Source of the DNA: an uncultured Candidatus Saccharibacteria bacterium
Lineage (GTDB): Bacteria; Patescibacteriota; Minisyncoccia; UBA6257; 2-01-FULL-56-20
Assembly (NCBI GenBank): GCA_964456235.1
Contig: CAYWDX010000002.1
Coordinates: 14,061-78,060 of the forward strand
Reading direction: 5' to 3'
DNA: 64,000 bases
A program made the position numbers and the translations under genes. Below the pieces are notes generated by a model, which did no database searches, was not told where the DNA came from, and saw only the letters and a list, made by a program, of their open reading frames with translations. This document shows positions 17,203 to 27,189 of this stretch, one piece after another. Each line of letters starts with the position of its first letter. Within the stretch, counting starts at the first letter, position 1.

Positions 17203-18962
17203 TGAACGGATCGCGGCGCGGCACGAGCTTAATAGACCTGATGCTTTCGATCGCGATCATCGCCGTGCTTTTTGGTGGCATTTATCTTGTTTATTTTTCA
17301 CTCTTGACCGCGATTGGAAATATCAGCGTGCGGACGGCGGCGGCCTCTGCCATGCAGGCCGAGATCGAAATGATCCGCAACCTGCCCTATACGAGCGTAG
17401 GTACGGTGGGCGGCGTACCTGCCGGAGTTATTCCTCAAACACAGGCGGTTGTTTTCGGGAAATATACATTTAATCTTCAGACCACAATTAGGAATATTGA
17501 CGATCCCTTGGATGGCACTGTGAGCGGTTCGCCGTCGCCGGTAGATACTGCGCCTGCCGACTATAAACTTGTTGCCATCCAGACGACCTGCCCGCTGTGT
17601 TCAGATTTTGTTTCGGTTGAAGTTACAACGACCATCGCACCAAAAAATTTGGAAAGTGCGCCGACGAACGGATCGCTCTTTTTATATGCAATCAACGCCA
17701 ACGGGGATCCCGTTCCTGACGCGACCATACACGTGGTAAACGCATCCGTTACGCCCTCGATCGATTTAGTCGACACGACGAACATGAGCGGAGTCTTGCA
17801 GTTGGTAGGTGTGCCAACAAGCACCTTGCGATACCACATCACGGCAACAAAGGCAGGTTATTCAACTGACCAGACCTACGCGCCGGGTGCAGCTTCAAAC
17901 CCGAATCCGGTTAAGCCCGACGCAACGGTCGTCGCGCAAGGCCTCACGAGCGTTACCTTCGCGATCGATCAACTTGCCAATCTGACGATAAATGCGTCAG
18001 ATAATCGATGTGTGGCGACGAGCAGCGTGCCATTCACCCTCCGGGGTGCAAAATTGATTGGCACGAACCCAAGCACCTTTAAGGTGTCGATGAATGGCAC
18101 GACGAACGCGCAAGGATCGTTCACGACGTCGTCACTTGAATGGGACGCCTATACAATCGGCCTTGGAACGAGCAGTCGCATTCTTGCAGGGACGATTCCA
18201 CTCAATCCGCTCGTTGTGGATCCAGCGTCGAGTTCGACCTTCAAACTCATCGTCCAGTCGGGAGCTACCCCCTCGCTCCTCGTCATCTTGCGAGATTGGT
18301 CAACCGGCGCATCGATTTCGAATGCGAGCGTGACGATTACGAGGAATGGTGCTTCGCAAACGGCTACGACGGGCCATGCGTTTGTTTCAGATACTGCATG
18401 GAGCGGTGGCCAATATTCTTCGAAGAGTGCAGGATTGAGCGCGAACGGACAACTTACATTATTCACGAATGCTTCGGGCACGTATGACATCAATACCAAC
18501 GATTGGTTTATCTCGCAGACGATCGACCTCGGCGGTTCCCATGAAACGCTCTACGGCATCAACTGGAATCCTACGTCGCAACCCGCTGGCGCAAGTGTTT
18601 CTTTCCAGCTCGCAGCAAATAATGATAATGCGACGTGGAATTTTATCGGGCCAGATGGCACCGCAGCAACGTATCTCACGAGCTCGACGCAAACCATGCC
18701 GGCCGCGCTCTCGGGAAAGCGTTATCTTCGCTATCAAGTGTATTTGAATACGACCGATGGGACGGTAGCGCCAACGCTCGACGACGTAACGTTTGAATTT
18801 AATGCTGATTGCGTGCCGCCGGCGCAGGCGTTGTTTACGGGCCTGGTGCAAAACGGAACGTACGCTATTGATGTATCGGCGCCGGGCTATGCTTCGGCGA
18901 CCAGCAGTAAAACGGTTGGTTCTGACGCGACCTCGACAGACCTCTACTTAATACATTCTTAA
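17202..18962 (+). CDS. Large prepilin-like protein with C-terminal beta-sandwich domains
   Basis: RRG|TSLID class III signal (Asp at +5), CPLC, repeated Ig/prealbumin-like segments. Confidence 0.8.
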   Translation: MNGSRRGTSLIDLMLSIAIIAVLFGGIYLVYFSLLTAIGNISVRTAAASAMQAEIEMIRNLPYTSVGTVGGVPAGVIPQTQAVVFGKYTFNLQTTIRNIDDPLDGTVSGSPSPVDTAPADYKLVAIQTTCPLCSDFVSVEVTTTIAPKNLESAPTNGSLFLYAINANGDPVPDATIHVVNASVTPSIDLVDTTNMSGVLQLVGVPTSTLRYHITATKAGYSTDQTYAPGAASNPNPVKPDATVVAQGLTSVTFAIDQLANLTINASDNRCVATSSVPFTLRGAKLIGTNPSTFKVSMNGTTNAQGSFTTSSLEWDAYTIGLGTSSRILAGTIPLNPLVVDPASSSTFKLIVQSGATPSLLVILRDWSTGASISNASVTITRNGASQTATTGHAFVSDTAWSGGQYSSKSAGLSANGQLTLFTNASGTYDINTNDWFISQTIDLGGSHETLYGINWNPTSQPAGASVSFQLAANNDNATWNFIGPDGTAATYLTSSTQTMPAALSGKRYLRYQVYLNTTDGTVAPTLDDVTFEFNADCVPPAQALFTGLVQNGTYAIDVSAPGYASATSSKTVGSDATSTDLYLIHS

Positions 18963-18967
18963 TAACT

Positions 18968-19579
18968 ATGCGAAGCGCAAATAGTAAAAAGGGATTTTCT
19001 CTGATCGAAATACTCATCGTGGTCGCGGTGGCGACTTCTATTGTGCTTGTGGTGAGCAAGCTTGGTTCGAATACGTCGGTTTTAAATACGCTCGTCAGTC
19101 GTGAGCTGCAATCGAAAGCTGATATCGAGCAGACACTGCAGATCGTGACCACGGAAATCCGTTCAGCAAGTCCATCCGCGTCGGGTGCGTTTCCCTTAAT
19201 TTCGGCTGCGACGAGTTCATTCTCCTTTTATTCGAACGGTGGCAATAATGGCGTTGCGAAAAGGGTCCACTACTACCTTGCTACGTCGACCATCTATCGT
19301 GGCGTAGTCCAACCAACGGGGACACCGGCGACGTACCCAACCTCGAGTGAAATCCTTACCGCGCTCATAAGCGGCGTAGTTGTACCGACCTCATCACCGC
19401 TTTTTACCTATTACGATACGGAATATACCGGCACGCAAGCGGCTATGACTTCCACCGCCGACGTGACGGCGATACGGCTCGTGAAGATCAGTTTCTCGGC
19501 GACCGTACAGCCTGCCCAGTCGCCGGCGCCGGAATATTTTTCCCGCTTTGCGGATATAAGAAATTTACGGAGCAACTAA
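18968..19579 (+). CDS. Minor pilin (PilW/GspJ-like)
   Basis: KKG|FSLIE prepilin motif. Confidence 0.85.
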   Translation: MRSANSKKGFSLIEILIVVAVATSIVLVVSKLGSNTSVLNTLVSRELQSKADIEQTLQIVTTEIRSASPSASGAFPLISAATSSFSFYSNGGNNGVAKRVHYYLATSTIYRGVVQPTGTPATYPTSSEILTALISGVVVPTSSPLFTYYDTEYTGTQAAMTSTADVTAIRLVKISFSATVQPAQSPAPEYFSRFADIRNLRSN

Positions 19580-19596
19580 CGGAAAACGCTTCCTCT

Positions 19597-21048
19597 ATGA
19601 ATATGAAGAAACAACAATCAAAAGGCCAAATCGCTGTCGAGCTCTTGTTCCTTTCTGCAATGATCGCTTCACTTATCACGGGATTCGTTTCTCTGGCATC
19701 GTCATTGCTGGAAATTTCAGTACGGGCCCAAAACAAACTTCAGGCGGCGGCGATCGCTGAGGCGGGGATCGAGTACTACCGTTGGCATCTCGCCCATGCG
19801 CCACAAGATTTTACTGATGGCACCGGCGGGGCTGGGCCGTATGTTCACCAGTATTACGATAAAGACGGCGTCCTCGTGGGTGATTTTTCGCTCGACATCA
19901 TTCCGCCGGCAACGGGTTCGAATGTGGTTACCATCACGAGCACGGGTAAAGTTATTGCAGATTCTTCAGTGCAGAAAATTATTCGGGTGCGCATGGCAAA
20001 CCCATCTTTCCTCGATTATTCACTATTATTAGATGGAAATGTTTATTTTGGGCCAGGCACGATAACCTATGGCACGATTTTCGCAAACGGCGGGGTTCAC
20101 TTTGATGGCGTGGCATATGGACCCGTGCAGAGTGCCGTAAGCACGTGGAATGATCCGAACAATGCCAATAAGAATGAGTGGGGTGTTTATACCACGGCAT
20201 CATCTTCGGATCCGCAACCGCCGACCACCCCGCCGCTTCGCGCAGACGTTTTCACTGCCGGCCGCTCTTACCCGGTACCCGCAGTGGATTTTACGCAAAT
20301 CGTGCAAACGCTTTCATCGCTCAAATCGCGCGCGCAGGCGAGTAATACCTATTTTGGTCCGAGCAACGCTTTCGGTTACGAGTTGAATCTTGCTACATCC
20401 GGCATTTATTCGGTGTATAAAGTGACTTCGATCACGGCCCCGCCGAACGGTTGTACGAATACCAGCCATGAAGCGGGCTGGGGAATCTGGAGCGTAGGTA
20501 CAAAAACATTTTTCGCGAGCGGTACGATCCCCCAAGACGGAGGTGTATTTTTTGCGGAAGATGACTTATGGGTGAAGGGGCAAATAACCAATAAGCACAT
20601 TACGATTGCCGCTGGCCGTTTCCCGGTGAATCCTTCAACCTATGCCAACATCATTGTGAATAGCAGCACGCTCTACACGAGCTACAACGGCTCCGACAGC
20701 ATCGCTTACGTCGCACAAAATAATTTTAACGTCGGGCTTTACAGCGAAGACGACCTTCGTATTGATGGTGTTATCGTCGCGCAAAATGGTCGGGTCGGCC
20801 GCTACTACTATTCGCCGCCGAACGCCCAAAACAATTCCAACAAATGTGGCCCAACCGTAACGCGGACGCGGATCACAATGTTCGGCTCGATCATGAGTGG
20901 CGGTCAATATGGTTTTGGCTTTGATGACAGCACGGGCTATCAAGAGCGCAATATTATTTTCGATCCCAACTTGCGTGGGAACCCGCCGCCATATTTCCCC
21001 GTGCTTTCAACGCAGTACGTGCCGATGTCATGGGAAGAGGTACAATAG
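19597..21048 (+). CDS. PilX-like minor pilin with large C-terminal domain
   Basis: KGQIAVELL N-terminus, AAAIAEAGIE, C-terminal SWEE. Confidence 0.8.
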   Translation: MNMKKQQSKGQIAVELLFLSAMIASLITGFVSLASSLLEISVRAQNKLQAAAIAEAGIEYYRWHLAHAPQDFTDGTGGAGPYVHQYYDKDGVLVGDFSLDIIPPATGSNVVTITSTGKVIADSSVQKIIRVRMANPSFLDYSLLLDGNVYFGPGTITYGTIFANGGVHFDGVAYGPVQSAVSTWNDPNNANKNEWGVYTTASSSDPQPPTTPPLRADVFTAGRSYPVPAVDFTQIVQTLSSLKSRAQASNTYFGPSNAFGYELNLATSGIYSVYKVTSITAPPNGCTNTSHEAGWGIWSVGTKTFFASGTIPQDGGVFFAEDDLWVKGQITNKHITIAAGRFPVNPSTYANIIVNSSTLYTSYNGSDSIAYVAQNNFNVGLYSEDDLRIDGVIVAQNGRVGRYYYSPPNAQNNSNKCGPTVTRTRITMFGSIMSGGQYGFGFDDSTGYQERNIIFDPNLRGNPPPYFPVLSTQYVPMSWEEVQ

Positions 21049-21053
21049 AGAGA

Positions 21054-21527
21054 ATGTCTGAGCGCAAAGGATTCACTATCATTGAACTCATTGTCGTGAT
21101 AGCGCTTATCGCTATCCTCGCCGGTGTTTTTATCAATGCGGCCCGACCGGGTGAGCAGCTTGCGAGCGCGCGGAATACGACGCGAAAGAATGAACTTACG
21201 GTAATTCGCAACGCGATCAGTCAAAATATTGCTGATCAGGCGACGGGGCAATTTTCTTGCTCTTCCGGGCCAATTCCATCTTCGACCGCCCTTATGACTA
21301 GCCAGGCAGGCCCCGGAAATTACGATATTGCATCATGCATTATCTTGCCGTCCGGTGGCTACGGCATTTTTACGATGCCCTTCGATCCCGCCACATCGAC
21401 TTCGTATTACAACTCCGTCACAGATTACAATAGCGGCTACGCGATCATGCAAAACGCTTCAGGAACTATCACGATCACAGCCCCCAATGCCGAGCTCGGG
21501 CAAACAATATCAGTTACGCTCCACTAA
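21054..21527 (+). CDS. Type IV pilin
   Basis: RKG|FTIIELIVVIALIAILA; ARNTTR. Confidence 0.88.
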   Translation: MSERKGFTIIELIVVIALIAILAGVFINAARPGEQLASARNTTRKNELTVIRNAISQNIADQATGQFSCSSGPIPSSTALMTSQAGPGNYDIASCIILPSGGYGIFTMPFDPATSTSYYNSVTDYNSGYAIMQNASGTITITAPNAELGQTISVTLH

Positions 21528-21549
21528 ATCGTTATCGCTCGCTCGCCGG

Positions 21550-22524
21550 CTACTCTGCTGCGGGGAGCAAGACTGGCCCATAGGTCGCAAGAATTGATGA
21601 GCCACTCTTCGCATTCATTTGATAGTAGTAGGGCTGATTAAGTGTGTTATCAACAAGTTGGATCGTGTATGGGCCAACGGTATCAATATCATTTTGTTTG
21701 AAAACAACGGTCCACGGGCCGTCAGCGGAATTCGCGCGATACACTCCAGCCGTTGTTGCCTGCGCCGGAATATTTTGCCAACCAATTTCAATTTTTTGAT
21801 TAATATGTTGCACCCAGAAGCTGCCGGCCGGAGGATACCCGTACCCAGAAAGTTGAATCTCTGGACTGTAGTAGGGGATGCCTTGGGGGCTGGAACTCGC
21901 CGAAGGCGTACTCGTCGGTGTTGAAGTTGGTGTCTGCAGCGTTGAAGTTGGCGTGGAGGTCGGACTTGTGCTTGGTAAAGAGCTTGTCGGCGACGAGCTA
22001 GGGCTTGATGCGGGTGGCGGCGTGGTGGGCGGCGTCGAAGTCACAACAATGGGCGTCGTTGAGGTCGAAACCCAGGTGATTACTTGGCCAATGGTCGTTG
22101 TGCCATTCACGCCTTGCCCTGTGAGATTTCCAACTGCCTGAATGGAGAATGAATATTCGGCGAAAGAAGAGGAGCCGATATTGAATGAGGCCTTTCCTGA
22201 TGCGAGATCGTTTTGAGTGAGAGCAATCTGCTTCCAAAGCAACCAAAGGGAGTCTGGCTTACCTTTTAGACGGCGCAAAATATTCAACGCAACCGTGCCA
22301 TCGGGGAGATTTTGCCATTCGATACGGAACATATTGCCCGTTGTCGATGCTTGGACGAAAAGGCCCACGCTCGGTGGCGGAGGAACGTGCGGCCCCTGCG
22401 CCACGTTCGCGTTGCTTCCTAAATCGTGGGGCGTAACTTGACTCCCGTTGTAGAGCGTCCAGAAAAAAAGTCCGCCCACAACGATAAATGCGCCAAGCAA
22501 AATTGCGATAAATTTTTTACTCAT
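21550..22524 (-). CDS. Membrane-anchored protein with two FN3-like domains and a Pro/Ser/Thr linker
   Basis: N-terminal TM; FRIEWQNLP and IEIGWQNIP internal duplication; TPTST repeats. Confidence 0.72.
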   Translation of the reverse strand: MSKKFIAILLGAFIVVGGLFFWTLYNGSQVTPHDLGSNANVAQGPHVPPPPSVGLFVQASTTGNMFRIEWQNLPDGTVALNILRRLKGKPDSLWLLWKQIALTQNDLASGKASFNIGSSSFAEYSFSIQAVGNLTGQGVNGTTTIGQVITWVSTSTTPIVVTSTPPTTPPPASSPSSSPTSSLPSTSPTSTPTSTLQTPTSTPTSTPSASSSPQGIPYYSPEIQLSGYGYPPAGSFWVQHINQKIEIGWQNIPAQATTAGVYRANSADGPWTVVFKQNDIDTVGPYTIQLVDNTLNQPYYYQMNAKSGSSILATYGPVLLPAAE

Positions 22525-23624
22525 GAAAGCTGCTCGATGAGCGCGACTTCGAGCGGCACAACCACGAAGGGCGAGTAGCGCATTTCAGCATAGGCGCGGA
22601 TCAGGATGCGAATGAATTTTACGAGGAATACTGCATCTGCCGCGGCGGAAAGTTTTGCGAGACCAGCAACTTCATCTTTCGTAAGTTCTTTTTCAAATAT
22701 GGCACCGAGCGCGGGATTCACTTTTAGCGAAAGGACTTTCCGCAAGTAGTGGATAAGGTCCTTCGTAAACTGCACCAGGTTGTAGCCGTCGTCATTCAGC
22801 GTCGCAATGAATGCGAGACTCGCCTTGGCATCCCTCGCAATAATAAGAGTAGCAAGGTCATGGATTTTCTTGAGGCCGGTTCGCCCGATGGCTCGCTCAG
22901 CCGTTTCGAGATCAATCGCGCCACCGAGCGATGCGATTTGATCAAGGAGGGATTCAGCATCGCGGGCGCTTCCTTCGCCCGCCGCGGCAATAAGCTCCAG
23001 CGCTGCTTCATCAATTTTAATTTTTTCAGCTTTCGCGACGGCTGCCAGTTTTTCCATCATCGCCGCCTTGGTCAGTTTTTTGAAGGTGAAGCGTTGCACG
23101 CGTGAAGTGATCGTGGGCGGGACTTTTTCATATTCCGTCGTCGCGAGAATGATCGCCGCATGCCGCGGAGGTTCCTCCAGCGTTTTTAAAAGTGCATTGA
23201 ATGCAGCACCGGTCAGTTGGTGTGCCTCGTCAATGATATATATTTTGTAGGGCCCGGCGGCGGGGGACGTCGCAATATTTTCCTTCAGATTGCGGATCTC
23301 ATCGATCCCGCGGTTCGAGGCAGCATCAATCTCAATAACATCGAAAGAATTTTGCGCATCGATTTCACGGCACGAGCGGCATTCGTTACAGGGCTCTCCC
23401 AATTTTGCAAATGTGGGGTCGTCGCGGCGCTTTTCACAATTCAGCAACTTGGCGAGGAGGCGAGCGGTCGTCGTTTTTCCGGTACCCCGCGGCCCATGGA
23501 AGAGATACGCCTGGCCAAGGCGCCCAGCCTTCGCTGCATTTTTGAGGATCAAAACATTCGTCTCTTGCCCCAACACCTCATCAAATTTTTTGGGACGATA
23601 CTTTCGGTAAAGTGCCTGCGCCAT
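22521..23624 (-). CDS. dnaX: DNA polymerase III subunit gamma/tau (short form)
   Basis: ALYRKYRP, GPRGTGKTT, EIDAASNRG, IIDEAH, NALLKTLEEPP. Confidence 0.96.
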   Translation of the reverse strand: MAQALYRKYRPKKFDEVLGQETNVLILKNAAKAGRLGQAYLFHGPRGTGKTTTARLLAKLLNCEKRRDDPTFAKLGEPCNECRSCREIDAQNSFDVIEIDAASNRGIDEIRNLKENIATSPAAGPYKIYIIDEAHQLTGAAFNALLKTLEEPPRHAAIILATTEYEKVPPTITSRVQRFTFKKLTKAAMMEKLAAVAKAEKIKIDEAALELIAAAGEGSARDAESLLDQIASLGGAIDLETAERAIGRTGLKKIHDLATLIIARDAKASLAFIATLNDDGYNLVQFTKDLIHYLRKVLSLKVNPALGAIFEKELTKDEVAGLAKLSAAADAVFLVKFIRILIRAYAEMRYSPFVVVPLEVALIEQLS

Positions 23625-23697
23625 GTCTCCAAATTATACCGAGCGGGCAGAGAAAAATGAAGCATGATCGTTGATTTCGAGGCCTTTCTCGCGTATC

Positions 23698-24462
23698 ATG
23701 CTAAAGGTGTACGAGCTAAAGACGCAAAACTTTACGGGCCCCCTCGAGAAGTTGTTAGCGCTCATCGAAGCCGAAAAGATGGAGATCGGCGAGGTGAGTA
23801 TGGCGAAGGTTACCGACGATTTTTTTAAATACCTCGAGAATTTTCGCTCCGGTGGCGGTGAGGGTGAAGAAAAATTCCGTGTCGACCTGCGGGTCTTGGC
23901 AGATTTTATTTCGGTTGCGAGCAAGCTCATCTTTTTGAAGTCGAAGTATATCCTGCCAGGCCTCGCTCTCACGGCTGACGAAGAGGCCGATATCAAAGAG
24001 CTCGAAATTCGCTTGCGCCATTACCAGGCGTTGAAGCCGGCGCTCGCGGCGCTCAACAAATTATGGCGGGCGAACCATCGGTCATACAGTCGGCCCTATT
24101 TTTTGGATCGCGCCATGGGTGCCCAGGCCGGCCAATCATTATTTTATCCTGGACCACATCTTACGATCGAAGGCCTTACCGCCGCCCTCGCCAAAATTTT
24201 TGACACGGTGACGGCTTATTCTTTCGAGACGGAAACGATTAAAGAAAAAATCATAACGCTCGAGGAAAAAATTTCCGAAGTGATCGGGCGCATCCAAAAC
24301 GAAGGTGATCTGCATTTCCGCCACCTGTCGGGTGAAAAATCGAGGGGCGAAATGATCGTATTGTTTCTTGCAATCCTTCACCTTGCGCGCGAGCAGCTCA
24401 TCATTTTGGAACAGGTGGATAATTTTTCTGATATAATGGTCAAGCAAAACGCCGCCGCTTAA
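23698..24462 (+). CDS. scpA: Segregation and condensation protein A
   Basis: FTGPLEKLLALI, LKSKYILP, FLAILHL. Confidence 0.9.
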   Translation: MLKVYELKTQNFTGPLEKLLALIEAEKMEIGEVSMAKVTDDFFKYLENFRSGGGEGEEKFRVDLRVLADFISVASKLIFLKSKYILPGLALTADEEADIKELEIRLRHYQALKPALAALNKLWRANHRSYSRPYFLDRAMGAQAGQSLFYPGPHLTIEGLTAALAKIFDTVTAYSFETETIKEKIITLEEKISEVIGRIQNEGDLHFRHLSGEKSRGEMIVLFLAILHLAREQLIILEQVDNFSDIMVKQNAAA

Positions 24463-24482
24463 TGATTTTTTAATTAAAATCT

Positions 24483-25070
24483 ATGGAAAATTTGGAAAAA
24501 AAGTTGGCGTCGCTTGAGGCATTGCTTTTTGTCCACGGCGAGCCAGTTTCTTATAAAAAGATTGAAGCGGCATTGGGGTTCGAGCAAGGGGAAGGCGAAA
24601 CGACGGCGATCGAATTGGGAAGACGCCTGGCGGAGGACTCGGCGCGGGGCGTTGCCCTGATTATCGATAAAGAAAAAGTGCAGTTGGCAACCAAACCGGT
24701 GTTCAGCAAGATTCTTGAAGATTTTGTTAAGGAGGAGGTGAGTGAGGAGCTCACGCCCGCGAGCCTCGAGGCGCTCGCCATCGTCGCGTACCTCGGACCG
24801 ATTTCGCGCGCGAAGCTTGAATATTTGCGCGGCGTTAATTCAATAGTTATTTTGCGGAGCTTGATGATCCGCGGCTTAATCGAACGTTTTCCGGATCCTG
24901 AACACCCCTCCGGCTTCCTCTACCGGCCGACCTTCGACCTCATGAAACACCTCGGCGTTTCGGCTGAAAAAGATCTGCCCGACTTCTCGAAATTCCGCGA
25001 TCTCCTGAAAGTTTTTGAGCACGAGAATCAGCCATCAAGCGTTGCCCCATCGGCCAACCCTCATGGATAA
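24483..25070 (+). CDS. scpB: Segregation and condensation protein B
   Basis: LEALLFVHGEP, LEALAIVAYLGPISRAKLEYLRGVNS. Confidence 0.93.
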   Translation: MENLEKKLASLEALLFVHGEPVSYKKIEAALGFEQGEGETTAIELGRRLAEDSARGVALIIDKEKVQLATKPVFSKILEDFVKEEVSEELTPASLEALAIVAYLGPISRAKLEYLRGVNSIVILRSLMIRGLIERFPDPEHPSGFLYRPTFDLMKHLGVSAEKDLPDFSKFRDLLKVFEHENQPSSVAPSANPHG

Positions 25071-26034
25071 TCACGCCGGAAAATTTATTTTTCTTGGCGC
25101 CGTGATCATCGGCGTCTTTGTTTTGCATTTATTCTCTGGATTGCCTGCCAATTCTGCCGCAGAACAATCGGCCCCCAACGCCGGTGGCGCCATTATCGAA
25201 ACGCCGCGGTTCGTTTTCCCTCCAACCGCCGTTTCAGCTGACACTTCGGCAGCATCAGGCGCACCGAGTTCAATGTCGGTGCCCGCAAATACCAACGCGA
25301 CAACGATGCCGACCGTGCACGCGGTTGCTTGGCTTATCGCCGACGCACGCGATGGCAAACTCATCGCCTCATCAGAAATGAATCGCCGCTGGCCAACCGC
25401 ATCGCTCGCGAAGCTAATGTCGGCCACTATTTTACTTGATAAAATTCCGCTCGACGCGCAGATAACGGTGACGCCGGAGGTATTCGCAACAGATCCCAAT
25501 GAATTCAATCTCGCTATTCATGGGAAATATGTCGCCCTCGACCTGTTGCGGGCAATGCTCTTGCCCTCGTCGAACGTTGCAGCGGAAGCAATTGCCAATT
25601 ACTACGGGCGCGACGCATTTATCACCGAAATGAATGTGCGGGCGGCAGCATGGGGAATGACAAACACTCATTATGATGACCCGTCCGGCATTTCCGCGGG
25701 GGATGAATCAACGCCCGCCGACTTGGCGGCATTGGCGACGGAGATATATGCGCATTATCCGCAGATCCTCTCAATTTCTCGCTCGCAACAGTTTGTGATT
25801 ATGGACCACGCGACCGGAAAAACATCAACGCTAAAGAGTATCAACACATTTGCGGGGCAAGCGGATTTTGTCGGTGGAAAAACCGGGCATACCGAAGAAG
25901 CGGACGGCAATCTGCTCTCTCTTTTTACCTATGCCAACCATCCGGTCGTGATCATTGTCTTGGGGAGTGGCGCCCGTTTCGAAGATACGGCGGCGCTTTA
26001 TAATTGGTATAAGACTGCCCTAGCCACCCTTTAA
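25063..26034 (+). CDS. D-alanyl-D-alanine carboxypeptidase (peptidase S11)
   Basis: ASLAK (SxxK), SSN (SxN), KTG; N-terminal TM. Confidence 0.88.
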   Translation: MDNHAGKFIFLGAVIIGVFVLHLFSGLPANSAAEQSAPNAGGAIIETPRFVFPPTAVSADTSAASGAPSSMSVPANTNATTMPTVHAVAWLIADARDGKLIASSEMNRRWPTASLAKLMSATILLDKIPLDAQITVTPEVFATDPNEFNLAIHGKYVALDLLRAMLLPSSNVAAEAIANYYGRDAFITEMNVRAAAWGMTNTHYDDPSGISAGDESTPADLAALATEIYAHYPQILSISRSQQFVIMDHATGKTSTLKSINTFAGQADFVGGKTGHTEEADGNLLSLFTYANHPVVIIVLGSGARFEDTAALYNWYKTALATL

Positions 26035-26041
26035 CCATTCA

Positions 26042-27094
26042 ATGATCCTCGAGCAAACCGTACGCGTCATAGTACTTACCACCATCGCATTTTTTGTGGC
26101 CCTGTTGGTGACGCCATTCTGGTATCGATTCTTAAAGAAACAGCATTTTGACAAGCAGCTCCGAGAAGAAGCCGCAGCTCCGGTTTTTTTTGAGCTGCAC
26201 AAAAAGAAAGTAGGAACACCGACGGGTGGAGGCGTGATCATTTGGTTCACGGCGATCGCCCTCGCGGTCGCGTTCGGCATCATGAACAAAATTTTCGATG
26301 GCAATGTTTGGGGCTATCTCAATTTTATTAATCGCAGCGAAACATATCTGCCGCTCGCCGCACTATTGCTCGCCGCCGTCGTTGGTCTGGTCGATGACTG
26401 GCTTGGTGTCCTGAAGCTGGGCGGCGCGCCCGGCGGGGGACTCAAGGTCCGCCAAAAATCAATAATCTACCTCGCGATCGCAATCCTCGGGGCCTGGTGG
26501 TTCTATTACCGCCTCGGGTGGGACACCATCAACATCCCATTTTTTGGCAGTTACGAAATCGGCTGGTGGTACATCCCCATTTTTATTTTCATAATTTTCG
26601 CAAGCGCATTTTCGGCGAACGAAACCGATGGGCTGGATGGCCTCCTCGGCGGCTCATCACTCTTCGCATTTTTTGCGCTCACCACCGTCGCATTTGTCTT
26701 GCATCGATTCGATCTCGCCGCCTTCGGCGGCGTCATGATCGGCGCCCTGCTCGCATTCTTATGGAACAATATTTACCCGGCGCAATTTTTCATGGGCGAC
26801 ACTGGTTCAATGTCGCTCGGGATCACGATCGGCATCATCGCCATGCTCACGAATACCGCATTGCTCCTGCCATTTTTTGCCTTTATATTAGTAGTGGAAT
26901 CGCTTTCGGTCATCATCCAAATAATCTCCAAAAAATTACGGCACGGCAAAAAAGTGTTTCGCTCGTCGCCGATCCATCACCACTTCGAAGCGCTCGGCTG
27001 GCCGGAGTCGCAGGTCACGATGCGCTTCTGGATTATCTCAGCACTTTTCTGCGCGCTCGGGCTCGTGATCTTTTTCCTGTCGGTCGCGTTCTAG
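26042..27094 (+). CDS. mraY: Phospho-N-acetylmuramoyl-pentapeptide transferase
   Basis: KVGTPTGGG, NETDGLDGL, FMGDTGS, SPIHHHFE. Confidence 0.96.
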   Translation: MILEQTVRVIVLTTIAFFVALLVTPFWYRFLKKQHFDKQLREEAAAPVFFELHKKKVGTPTGGGVIIWFTAIALAVAFGIMNKIFDGNVWGYLNFINRSETYLPLAALLLAAVVGLVDDWLGVLKLGGAPGGGLKVRQKSIIYLAIAILGAWWFYYRLGWDTINIPFFGSYEIGWWYIPIFIFIIFASAFSANETDGLDGLLGGSSLFAFFALTTVAFVLHRFDLAAFGGVMIGALLAFLWNNIYPAQFFMGDTGSMSLGITIGIIAMLTNTALLLPFFAFILVVESLSVIIQIISKKLRHGKKVFRSSPIHHHFEALGWPESQVTMRFWIISALFCALGLVIFFLSVAF

Positions 27095-27153
27095 GCGAAC
27101 AATTATAGGCGCGCCCGTTGTTTTTCATATTCTCGTAAGAATATTTAGGAATA

Positions 27154-27181
27154 TTGACGATGCAGCGAAAGCTGCTATACT
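27154..27181 (+). promoter_or_regulatory. rpsB promoter
   Basis: TTGACG-16-TATACT with TG extension, 8 nt before ATG 27190. Confidence 0.7.
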
Positions 27182-27189
27182 GTGTCGGT

